NCBI GenBank assembly: GCA_002633005.1
Contig: NMRA01000287.1
Span: forward strand, 80,847 to 144,846
DNA: 64,000 bases
Direction of reading: 5' to 3'
From: Phoronis australis
Taxonomy: Eukaryota; Animalia; Phoronida
The translations under genes were made by a program, and so were the position numbers. Within the stretch, counting starts at the first letter, position 1. Every line of letters begins with the position of its first letter. This document shows, piece by piece, positions 54,901 to 64,000 of this stretch. A model generated the notes under the pieces. It ran no database searches. It saw only the letters and a program-made list of their open reading frames with translations, and was not told where the DNA came from.

Positions 54901-57900
54901 GGAATGTGGGAGAATTTTAGGGGGGGGTCGCCCCTTTCCCCCCCCCCCTTAAGTCCGCCACTGAGAGACATGTCACCTGATGCTTCTTTTCTGTGCCTTC
55001 TTCTTTTGCTAGATCGGCATGTTTATACCTTGATCGTAGAAACTCAATTTTATAACGGTTTGTTGTACTGTCAGCGTCTCCTCGCTTGGTTTACACGGTA
55101 AGGGGCTTACGATTTCTACACCGTCCGATTGGTCAGTTCTCGAATATCGACTTCTGTTTGGGTAATAAGCTCATTGGCCTGGGAGACTAGAATGAAAAGT
55201 ATTATTTAATGGCTAACAGGTCAACATTACCTAATAACGGGGTCCGACGTCATCCTCTGTGATCACTCCCCTCCCCTCATATCTGCATTCCAGGTTTTTA
55301 ATAGAAAATGAACGTCAAAATAATGTTACTAAAATGTTGGGACGAAAATCAAGTTGAAATTTTCTAGGCCACAACGAGGCCACCAAACTACAACAAGAAT
55401 AGAAATCTTGAAATGCAACTATACTTTTAAAATTACAATTATATGGAAACAACCTACTGTTATACTGGTAACTAAGAATACTTCAGATATTGACCATGAC
55501 TACCTTGTGGACAGTTTGTTTGTAGGTATAGTTGTTCAATAATCATGTTACCTTGTTACAACAGTCACCGGGGGAGTTCATTGTTGACTGCTTTGAAGTC
55601 TTTGAACTCACCCTTCCTACGAGTGTTGATTTGACCATGCTTCCTGATTTGAGGGCAGATCGTTGGAGCGCTCGTTAGATATCATTCGAGCGTTAGTTTC
55701 TGAAATTTTTCTGTAAAGCGAGGACCAGGCTTCCAGTCAGACGGCGTGTGAAGCAGGCTTCTAGTCAGACGGCATGTGAAACAGACTTCTAGTCTGACGG
55801 CATATGAAACAGGCTTCTAGTCAGACGGCATGTGAAAGCTGTGTTCAAGTACATTCCACCATCTTGACATTACAGTGAAAAGATTCTCACATGTAGCAAG
55901 CATACCCAGCGCTGAAGTTGGTCGCCGTCGAAAGCCGGCAAGTGGTGGGAGCCGTGGTTGGAGCGGTAGGGGAGGCGGTAAGTACAGAGAACTTGAATTT
56001 TGTTTATTATTTATTTATTTATTGACAATGCTGTTTTTTTCTTCAGTGGCCGAATGACAAACAAACAGTTACATGTACATAGTTTGCAGCTTTAAATTAT
56101 GTATTCGAAGTCATTTCTCCGCGTTGTTGCAAAAATCTTTTTTTTATGTGCCGACAATAAAACAAGAGTGACAATTTTGGTTACTACCCAGTTCAATTTT
56201 ATCTGATATCCCACAGGTGGCGGTGGTGATCCTCACTTCTTGATTCCTGTAGACGGGCTAAACAGACCTTTGTGCTTCGATGTGACAGGACATCGCGGAC
56301 AGATATACCAGCTCATCCATGACTCTCGCATAGGTTTGTTCCTTTAACATTTTGCTCCCCCAGACGGAGGCTTAGTAACGAAGAATTTTCAAACCGTCAG
56401 CTACATCATTTCCTTGTCATTTTCTGTTTGCCTTACCCGAAAGGTTTCTGAAACTTCAAACTTATGCGCTATTAAGTCTTCCTATTGAATCCGACTATTG
56501 TACATGTACGTTAAGATCCCTAAACTGGTGGAGTGGAATTGTAATCAGCCAGCAAGACGAACTCGTTCAGATGCCAATTAAAGTTGCTGTAATTTCAGTT
56601 AATAGCTCTAAGACTTGGAAAAAAGCATCGTGAAGGTTATCATTTCTCGAAATTTTAGATTTAAAACTTTTGTTAATTGACGCTGTTCGACCAGATAAAA
56701 ATCACGCGTTATCAAGGCTCACCAATTCTAACAAGTGATCAGTCAAGGCACATGAGAGATTGGAGCCAAATGCCCGCTTTTGATATTTGCGCTTTCCTGG
56801 GCGTTAGGGGTAAACGTACACGGGTGAGAACCAATTACTTTAGGAATGTGTGCAATAACGTGTTGACTGCTGAAAACTTGTGTTGTCTAGCTGGTGCTGA
56901 GCTCACTTGCTTATGCAACGTTTTCTTCATTGGCATCATTTTGTCTTGACATTTTTAGGTCTTGTATCCAACGGACGAATAGTGAGTAAAAGGGAACTCA
57001 CGAACAAGACATATTTTGGCCAGATATCTGTACTTGGACGAGGTCACACGATTGTGGTGACACCACACAACGTCACTGTGGATAACAGAACATACAAATG
57101 GAAGAAACACGTGCGACACCATCAGAAAATAAGGGTTGGAGAAATTGGTGGGTACCCTTAAATTCAGAGTACTTAAAATGTTGGTGACTCTGGAATTGAT
57201 TGCCCTGTGGGGAACAAAACCACCGAAAACCCAGAAATACAAAGTAATTTAAGGGCTTCAGCAGCAAGAGTAGGAACACACGATGACGTCGACTAGAAAG
57301 TGTACTTCGTTGTAATTAGCGCCATCTCAGGTAACACTGTACTTTATTCAAACACGTGGTGTTGAAAAAATGAGAAGACGGACTGGATAAAGCCGCGTCA
57401 TATTCGGGTTTAGTCTGCTATTCATCTAATCTTATATTAAACACTCGTGACAAGGTTCTACTCGAACACAACGTATTCATTGTTGTACACAACGCCTCTT
57501 GTCAAATGTTCACTAAGTTTTTGCATGTTAGTGCTTATAAGTTTTGCTTCTCTAAAGTGAAGAATAAAGAAGACGGTGCTATCCCACAATTGGTATTTTC
57601 GGTGAAAGTTGATTAAATTTTTATTGAAACAAGAAAAAAATTTCGAAAGGCTCAGTTGTGTTTTTAATAGCATTGAAATTTGGTCGGGATGTCTTTGATG
57701 AAATTTGGTATGAAGCAGTTCGGCTCGTTATTTCAAGCAAATGAACTAAATTCCGTGTTCTTTGAGAGCGAGGTCTTCGACTTCTCTCTGCGTCAACGTC
57801 TTTCTCTTTTTGGACATCGTTGTAATACGTATGTCCAATCACGAACCAGAAGACCTCTTCCTGTCTTGTCACCGAACAGCGGCTGTGTGACGACACTATT

Positions 57901-58696
57901 TCTTATGTCATGACGTGTCATGAGTTGGAGTAGACGAAAGAATGAGCACTTGTTTTGGTCTCGCATTAACGCCCAGCATTTATTTCCAAAAGTCCCCCGT
58001 ACAATCCACGAGTCAGGCTTGCGGAGAGGGCATGGACAAGTCAGAAATTAAAGCTTACACGTGCAGTTTTATTCCATAACTGGGAGAGTTTACATCTACT
58101 TTCATTAGGATATTAATTATTCCATCTCTGTTGTAGTCATCGACCGTTATGAGCGGAACAACATGACAATCACCTACGCAGATGCCAATATTAAGCTGCT
58201 AGTAGTCCGCCGACTGGTGAGGCCCACGCATCCTTTCAAAGTTGATTACCTTGGTCTGTTCGTAACCAAAAAGGATGGGTTCTCCAAGACAACACAAGGA
58301 TTGATAGGTAAGAAAAAAGCTTAAGTATAATTTTTGAAAACTTCAAGTTCTTTAGATATCAGAAATTTGAGATAGTTGTCGTTAGTAATATATAATAGCA
58401 TGTCGTGTCCGCAAGTGCTTTTCAAAAACTATCCCATTTTCTTATCAGGTCAGTTTCAACATCTTCACGTTGAGGAAATCGGAGGGGTCCTAACGTTTCC
58501 GAAAAGTTCGCGGAAGCCATTCAAAGCGACCATCCTTGAGAAGCCAAATATGGCTAAACTGAAGTGGCAGAAGTGTTACTTCGCCAGTGATGAAGGTCGC
58601 GGATTGATACGCGGCCAGGCTGACGATTACCTTGTGCCAGATTTAATGTTCACTCAAAACGCTATGAGTCTTGCGCCTCGCCGTAAGAGTGTCTAA
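42825..58696 (+). CDS. ITIH: Multi-exon ITIH-like gene with an extra N-terminal VWA domain (VWA1, Thr/Pro linker, VIT, VWA2, linker, GDPH, ITIH C-terminal). Join 42825-42947, 43400-43717, 44129-44299, 44700-44897, 45763-45917, 47479-47589, 48167-48417, 48765-48925, 49933-50221, 50462-50813, 51050-51180, 53381-53607, 54225-54390, 55876-55977, 56217-56333, 56959-57147, 58137-58307, 58449-58696
   Basis: All 18 exons have AG/GT boundaries with matching phases. They sum to 3480 nt with no internal stop. ITIH hallmark motifs appear in the expected order: AFISNFSM, YQELLERRLG, DGYFVHYFAP, VFVLDTSGSM, FLTDG, YFNGSEIII, ERLWAYLTIK, YHFVTPLTSL, GDPHF, LCFDV, GLIGQF. The symbol is family-level only; no ortholog is assigned. 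Confidence 0.88.
43144..43224. repeat. 27-bp tandem repeat, 3 copies, intronic
   Basis: Unit gtaggctgcattactgcatcaccggca. Confidence 0.9.
43400..43717 (+). CDS. Exon: VWA1 core, SDIPGIRIAVFAQSDY...STGGGDAPEAYE...WTPGSRRALVLIGDERPH...LRDM
   Basis: Acceptor tgttttag|, donor atg|gtaaga, phase 0-0, 106 open codons. Overlaps ORF 43460..43795. Confidence 0.92.
44129..44299 (+). CDS. Exon: VWA1 C-terminal part, GVKIYSIQA...FIMAISYRAFGLEYLQ
   Basis: Acceptor tatttcag|, donor cag|gtatgg, phase 0-0. Confidence 0.9.
44700..44897 (+). CDS. Exon: post-VWA helix and Thr/Pro-rich linker, LFEEEVKY...TTITPTRAYRPTIPATTPTTTESYQESK
   Basis: Acceptor tttatctag|, donor aag|gtagac, phase 0-0, no stop codon. Confidence 0.8.
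45763..45917 (+). CDS. ITIH: Exon: VIT domain start, IKVQALRIRSDIAFRFASTTVES...LPDPAFISNFS
   Basis: Acceptor tttatttcag|, donor at|gtaagc. Typical VIT motif; absent from the ORF track. Confidence 0.93.
47479..47589 (+). CDS. ITIH: Exon: VIT, TIDGKTYHAEVKEKEKAKREYNKAKAEGKTTGHVEQ
   Basis: Acceptor cccag|, donor ac|gtgagt, phase 2-2. Confidence 0.93.
47844..47882. mobile_element. 25-bp insertion CATAGA...TCTATG (47851-47875) with TSD gtgacaa/gtggcaa, intronic
   Basis: TSD matches at 6 of 7; same ends as the 29658 copy. Confidence 0.7.
48167..48417 (+). CDS. ITIH: Exon: end of VIT, FKVSVNVGG...YQELLERRLGMYEH...
   Basis: Acceptor attttag|, donor caag|gtaagc. Overlaps ORF 48177..48443. Confidence 0.93.
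48765..48925 (+). CDS. ITIH: Exon: NPLATVDRTSPNSAHIRFHPT...GQFVVQYDVERQPGIGEIQ
   Basis: Acceptor aag|, donor caa|gtaagc, phase 1-0. ITIH-type F-V-x-YDV motif. Confidence 0.9.
49933..50221 (+). CDS. ITIH: Exon: VWA2 start, VVDGYFVHYFAPPDL...NVVFVLDTSGSM...
   Basis: Acceptor tttcag|, donor g|gtgaga. MIDAS DTSGS. Confidence 0.95.
50462..50813 (+). CDS. ITIH: Exon: VWA2, TNINDAA...FFLTDGTPTDGE...LQLQGFYNEVKSPLL
   Basis: Acceptor ttttcaaag|, donor aa|gtaagt. Overlaps ORF 50494..50817. Confidence 0.95.
51050..51180 (+). CDS. ITIH: Exon: YLGAEINDTT...NYFNGSEIIICG...
   Basis: Acceptor aaacag|, donor gaag|gtaagt. YFNGSE motif. Confidence 0.92.
51810..51855. repeat. Perfect 19-bp-arm hairpin within an intronic repeat; adjacent 51887-51983 recurs at 12931-13029
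   Basis: gacattattccgcgtatcg-(8 nt)-cgatacgcggaataatgtc. Confidence 0.85.
53381..53607 (+). CDS. ITIH: Exon: ...FTERLWAYLTIKKLL...ALELSLK
   Basis: Acceptor cttttcag|, donor aaa|gtaagt. ERLWAYLTI motif. Confidence 0.93.
53716..54002. repeat. Intronic G-rich 22-bp minisatellite, about 13 units with variant subunits
   Basis: Units ggttggaggggtggcccccact and gcttggaggggttacctccagt. Confidence 0.95.
54225..54390 (+). CDS. ITIH: Exon: YHFVTPLTSLLVIKP plus low-complexity linker
   Basis: Acceptor cttttcag| and FVTPLTS motif. Donor cag|gtagca is weak but phase-compatible. Confidence 0.85.
54786..54963. mobile_element. MITE-like element, same family as 9784, intronic
   Basis: Shared internal sequence and termini. 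Confidence 0.7.
55727..55837. repeat. 28-bp tandem repeat, 4 copies, intronic
   Basis: Unit aggcttctagtcagacggcatgtgaaac. Confidence 0.9.
55876..55977 (+). CDS. Probable exon: Gly/Arg-rich linker, KRFSHVASIPSAEVGRRRKPASGGSRGWSGRGG
   Basis: Acceptor tacag|, donor gcg|gtaagt. Symmetric phase 1-1, 102 nt, so skippable without a frameshift. Confidence 0.65.
56217..56333 (+). CDS. ITIH: Exon: GGGGDPHFLIPVDGLNRPLCFDVTG... (Asp-Pro cleavage motif)
   Basis: Acceptor cccacag|, donor atag|gtttgt. DPHF and LCFD motifs. Confidence 0.93.
56959..57147 (+). CDS. ITIH: Exon: ITIH C-terminal domain, GLVSNGRIV...KTYFGQISV...
   Basis: Acceptor tttttag|, donor g|gtgggt, phase 1-1. Confidence 0.88.
58137..58307 (+). 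CDS. ITIH: Exon: ITIH C-terminal domain, ...KVDYLGLFV...FSKTTQGLI
   Basis: Acceptor ctgttgtag|, donor atag|gtaaga. DYLG and GLIG motifs. Confidence 0.9.
58449..58696 (+). CDS. ITIH: Terminal coding exon, GQFQHLHV...GRGLIRGQADDYLVPDL...KSV*
   Basis: Acceptor cttatcag|, TAA at 58694-58696. GLIxGxxxDYxV motif. Confidence 0.92.
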
Positions 58697-59262
58697 AAAG
58701 TACGTGATGGTCAGAAACACAGTGGATGCATGCTTGGTAAAAGTGGTGCTGCAAATACACTTTCTGACGGTATTGGAGCACACATATATAACAACTCCCT
58801 CACAGCCTGATGAATATAATATTGTTCCTAAATGACTGTAGAAGCAATTATCACTGTATTCACCGGCAAATAAAGATAAAGCTACGGACGCGTCACAAAT
58901 AAGACCTTCCTATGACGGTCTTAAAATGCGTTTCTGTACGTTTACATGGATGAAACGGTTGCTATTGACGTTATGCGATTAAAGTTTACATTCAAACTGA
59001 ACGCCTACCTGCACAGATCAGGGTAATGATTGTAATGAATTGTTCGGCTATAGAAATGGAAGAAACAGCAACCGTCTTAGCTAAGACCAATCTTACCGCC
59101 TTTGGTAATACCAGGCCTAGCTGCTCTGTACTGGTTGACAATTTTTATTCATATGCAATGTAAAAGCAATTAAATTAATATTGCGTATTGCTTTTGAAAT
59201 ATCTCGAAGCCCGTTCAATTGTTCCGCTTTGCTGTTGCTACATTTTTGTACTGTCTTATGTT

Positions 59263-59268
59263 AATAAA
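59263..59268 (+). terminator. Candidate polyadenylation signal of the ITIH-like gene (alternative AATAAA at 58869-58874)
   Basis: AATAAA followed by a GT/T-rich tract (gtgattgtgttttgttttg). Confidence 0.45.
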
Positions 59269-60738
59269 CTTTACATGTGATTGTGTTTTGTTTTGCATTA
59301 AGTGAACAATATGTGATCACTTTATCGCAAAATTAAAAGGGATTCACGTAATGTATTACATAAAGTTTGGAGAAAAGCTCTTTTTTGTTTTTACTTGATC
59401 GCGATTGCTAAATGGAAATAACTGACCAATTGAAATTGCCCATAATACTTGTGACAAGCTGCTGTTGTCTTGGAAGGCCCCAATGATGGATTTAATTATC
59501 CTTATCCTGTTTTACATGTTAAGGAGCCTTCTTTTAAACAAGGTCTTCTATGTCAAACACTTAAAACAAACTTAAGATCTCTTTCTTTAATAGGTTTTGA
59601 GATAAATTTAACTTTTAATTTAAAATTTACAAAAATTTAAGATTTGTCTTAGCTAAGTCAATTTTGTTGGAACGTGTCCCATGTCTATGTGAAGCACAAC
59701 AATATCAAGATACGCGTCTAAGACAGTTAAAACATGAGATTACATCATTGCGCATCTGAGGACTGAAGCTTCATTGAGAACGCGAATTACGCAAAGACAA
59801 TAATGTCCAATTGCTTTTTAAAACTGCCGATACATTTTTCGGGACAATTTCCAAGAAGAGTATTCATTTTGAAGACCGTTATTAGACAAGCACTGTTGGC
59901 GAAGAGGGAGTTGTTCGTAAACTTCCAAGTGTCGATCATATCAAAGGTGACGTGACTTTGAACACTCACTGCACACATTAACTTGAATCAAATCCTAATA
60001 ATCCAGAACTACATGTACAAAGCAATATATGGCTTACGTAGCTGCGGAACTTTGTCGCCTGAAAGAGAGATTCAATACGCAGTACGTAAGGGACGCCACT
60101 GGACACTTGCCCTGAGGAATCACGAACCCTATCACGCTTGGGCAGAAGTAGACCTCGTAGCTGGGCTGTGTCAGATTTACGTTTTCAGTAAGAGGTGGGG
60201 GGGGGGGNCTAAGCGGGTGGAGGTCGGTTGGGGCTTCCCCTGTCTTGTGTAAGGTTGTTTTGGGTTTTTGTAGCTGATTTCGTTTTCCTGGCGACGTTTT
60301 TTTAATTTTTATTTTTGATCCTGTCCCAGGGAGGGGTTTTAAACCCCCTGAACCCCCGTAGATCCGCCTCTGCTGGGGATACACCGGCTGATCTTTCTGG
60401 GTAGAAGTTAAGTGAGATGGCTAGCCAGACAAATGGACACAGAAAAGAGAAGTGTGACCTAGTCTATTGGCTACAGGTGTTCGCCTGTACCTTTGTAGTT
60501 TACCTTGGTTCCAAAGATTCAGTACACGGCAGGGGAAGTCAGCTCTTTTGTCAACCGTTGCTTTGGGGACAAGAGCGAAAGAAATATCACCAGACTTGTC
60601 ATGGGAACATTCTCCTGGGTAGAAGGTTAAGTGAGACGACACACGGAAACAGTGATGGCTGTGCACGCTATCTGTGCACAGTAACTTGGCTCAAAATTCA
60701 AGCGCGCTTTTCTACTTCTCAAGCATCGGACAGTCTAC

Positions 60739-60777
60739 ATTTTTTCATAGACTATAGTACACAATCTATGATTTTTT
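60739..60777. mobile_element. 25-bp insertion CATAGA...TCTATG (60746-60770) with 7-bp TSD atttttt
   Basis: Perfect TSD; same ends as the 29658 copy. Confidence 0.75.
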
Positions 60778-61726
60778 CAGAAAGGATATCTTTCGAGTGA
60801 AGGGAGACTTAATTTATTTTCTCAGTGTTGCACCTGCACGCAAAAGTAAATATCGTGTTACACGCATATCAGATCAAATGGATAAACAAAAATCACTCGA
60901 AAATTGTGTTGAACCGGCGTACGAGTTTGTCAGTTTTGTAAAGTAATTACTCTGGTCAGCTATGTAACATCCTGAAAGGGAAATAATTGTAGTTTTTTGT
61001 ACCCTGTATCTGTTTCCCTTCACACAGAAGCTTTGATTAACATAAAATTACATCGAATGAACACTACCATAACACTGAGGATCATCGCGCCCGAACGCCT
61101 CCTACGCCACATGAATGAAGTGCACGGCAGAAATAGTGGGACTCCGGAAACATGAACCGAGCAATCTGGATCAGGCTGATAGAAAGAGAAACTGAACTGA
61201 GGGAAGGAGGGCGGCAGGATCGACTTCGCCAGATCGGATTTGCTTCCCCCGAGGTCCCGCTATTTTTCATCGGCGACACTTTCGGTTTCCCCTTTTTGTG
61301 GCCATTAGTTCGCAACCCTCGGCATATGGGCGTGCACACTTCGCTGTTTGAGCGGCAAAACCTGGTACTGTCGATAGAAACTTCGTTGGACATTAGACTA
61401 GCCCTGTATATTCTAGAGAATGAAAATGAGACATACATCGTCACTTTATTGCTTTCCAGCTTCGGAAAAGTGCATTTTATTTAGTTAGGGCCATGCTCTG
61501 AAGGTACAGGGCCGGGTACACTGCCTCAATGAGTCATTTAAACCAATTGCTGAAAATCGGTCACAAAATTCACTGACTTATGTACATACAAGCACAAAGA
61601 ATCTCCAACCAAATGACAATTTCTTAAGTGTTTATTCATATTGGCGAAAATCAAGTTGTGCACATAACTGATCGTAATTCGGATGATAAGGATTTTCCTG
61701 AATTTCAGCACGCACGTCATCAATGT

Positions 61727-61930
61727 ATTTTATAACACAATATTAGCGTCAAATGGCAGATACAACCGTGTATTAACCCATAAAGTTATCTCACTAGTGA
61801 GATAACGATTTGGCGGGAAACCGAAAACGGAGTCGAACCCGGGACCCTGAAATTGATGGTCGCCGACTTTACCACTACACCATGCAGCGACTGACGTCAT
61901 CACGAGTGAAAATAGAATACTTAAATGAGC
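61727..61930 (-). mobile_element. Second copy of the tRNA-headed repeat
   Basis: Colinear with 10799-11005; palindrome at 61785-61806. Confidence 0.75.
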
Positions 61931-62435
61931 ACGCGCAATAATCGCATGTTCAACAAACCGCATTGTACTGTACTTTTACGTTACGAAAAATAAGACACAT
62001 AATTTCCATAAAATGATATCTTAATTCAGTGAAATTTTTCTCTCATGTCCTCTTACTTGTAAATCACCGATCTCCAGTTTGAATGTGGGTATCGTGTCGT
62101 TAGGATCTTTGACTTGAGAATTATATTCAGTTACCAGTGGTAACCTACTTTAGCAGACGATAATTTCCCGGTCGGAGCTTAGCGTGAAAAAAACGTGTTT
62201 TAAGCTATAATAGTTAGTAAACCTTAATTTATAAATTCAATTTATTTCTATTATATTTAAGTTTTCAATTTGTTTTGAGTAAAAGCATTATTTGACAAAA
62301 ATAGCCCGGCTTTTCTTAAAAGGTCACGACCTCCGACCCCGGGTCTCTGACCTTAGAAAGTAGTTACAAAGCCGTGGAGAGTCAGAAAAGGTAAATCGAT
62401 TCATTGCAATGTTTCTCGTTTAGTATGTGGAATAA

Positions 62436-62599
62436 ATAGATTATTACATGTTCTCAGCCGTTATCCCCCTTATCTAGAGTCCTCGTGGATTTTGGAGAAT
62501 TATCACCCTCGGAGCTAACGCCCCTCGGGCGATAATTCTCCAAAATCCACTCAGGCTCTAGATAACGGGGGATAACAAGTTCGCCATGTAATAATCTAT
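62436..62599. mobile_element. ~165-bp foldback MITE
   Basis: Nested inverted arms: atagattattacatg/catgtaataatctat, gttatccccc/gggggataac and gtggattttggagaattatc/gataattctccaaaatccac. Confidence 0.85.
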
Positions 62600-62975
62600 A
62601 TGTATAATTAGCTTCATGTATCCTGGCGGATTACACAGCTACATTCGAATCTCGCCGCTTTGTATTTACCCACAATGCCATAAACATCGATCTATCAGGC
62701 ACATTTTCTACCTCGTTTTCATGGCACTGGAGTTTCACATGTTATTTGTGGTTGTCTGATTCTTTGAAATCTTTTCTCGGTTGCATTACTCGATTCGTCT
62801 TTCCAACCCCAACGAAGTATTACTGCTGTGTTGTGGGACTGCAACTCCGACGAACGAGAAAAAGTTCGATAAATTGGACAAATACCCGTGGATGCGCGAT
62901 TTGAAATTCATCGCTTCCCAACGTCAATGAGAGCGTGTCCGATTTCCAAAACGAGTTCACGCGCTTTCTAATCTC

Positions 62976-63140
62976 CAGAGGCGGATCCAAGATTTTTATT
63001 TAGGGGAGTCAGGGGAAGAGTATTAGCCAGGATTTTGGCCGTCAGACATTCCCGCGCCTCCCCGAACTGCCAAATGGAATCTGGGAGAGTTTTAGGGGGG
63101 CCATGGCCCCCTAATTGCCCCCCTCTTTGAATCCGCCACT
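62976..63140. mobile_element. MITE-like element, same family as 9784
   Basis: Shared internal sequence and termini. Confidence 0.75.
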
Positions 63141-64000
63141 ATCCGGGATGGCACTATATATATGGTCAAGAAATCGACTCTGATCAACGGAGACCGGCGT
63201 TGATCCATCTCAGTCATATATGGCAATGCCGGATAGGCACACACGACGAGCCTTTTGCGTTAATTGCAGTTTGTGAAGTTACAAGACTTTTTCAATTCTG
63301 TAATTTATTTATTGTTCGGAACTGTTAGTCCATTCCGGAAGGCATGTGCAAAAATACACGTATGCAATAATTGTTGGGAAATCGGGAGAAGAGGGGACGG
63401 GGTGGAGGGGAAATTTCCCACGGGGCTTGAGGGTCCCCTAAGAATTTTCCATTCCTGTCACCGTACACACCAAAATGGCAGAAGTTTGTTCATGTTTGCC
63501 AGTATCTGGCCCTGTCATTAGGGCAATCGTGTACCAGTCAATCCTACCGTTGACAACGGCTGATCGTCACATGACTGTGACAGTGTCCCTGCTCATCTCA
63601 CTGTTCCTAACAACAGCTGCAAGTCCACTTGGAAGTAGGCTATTTGAGATAAGTGTCGACATTTTCATAGTTATAAAACTACCGGAACTATTGTTATTGT
63701 GAAAGTCACAAGTTCTCGTCAAACTTCTATCATTTCGATTATGGCCAGCTACCGGTAGACTTTTAATTTTGGCTTGAAGCGCCAGCACGCGTGCGGGTGA
63801 CGCTGGGCTTCTCGACCGTGACCACGGATTTCTCTACCGATTTTCATCGGTTAACTAAAAACATTTCAGCTTTCCTGAATATAGTTAGCAGGGTCGGACT
63901 TATAGCGGGGGCAATTAGAGCGGCAGGCTTACCCTCAGGGTCTGGAGTGTAGTGTAGTGCGGGACCCAGGGGCGGCGGAGTGTAGTGCCCCCGCCCCCCC

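Overview
Eukaryotic, AT-rich, intron-containing genomic DNA from a draft assembly. The repeat landscape suggests a marine invertebrate. The assembly has single-N joins at 6329, 25648 and 60208 and a 220-N gap at 21907-22126. One gene can be reconstructed well: a + strand gene at about 42.2-58.7 kb with 18 phase-compatible GT-AG coding exons (42825-58696, 3480 nt, 1159 aa plus stop) and a tentative 5' end. It encodes an inter-alpha-trypsin-inhibitor heavy chain (ITIH)-like protein (VIT, VWA, GDPH, ITIH C-terminal) with an unexpected extra N-terminal VWA domain and a Thr/Pro linker. The first ~42 kb hold no convincing intact gene. They contain two probable haplotype duplications at single-N joins, decayed LINE and Penelope-like fragments, tRNA-headed repeats, MITE/foldback elements, minisatellites and two decayed coding-like stretches that may be related. 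Four 24-28 bp insertions with CA(T/A)AGA...TCT(A/T)TG ends and 7-bp target duplications look like P-superfamily excision footprints, and one of them is polymorphic between the two duplicate copies. All calls come from reading the sequence by eye; no searches were run.
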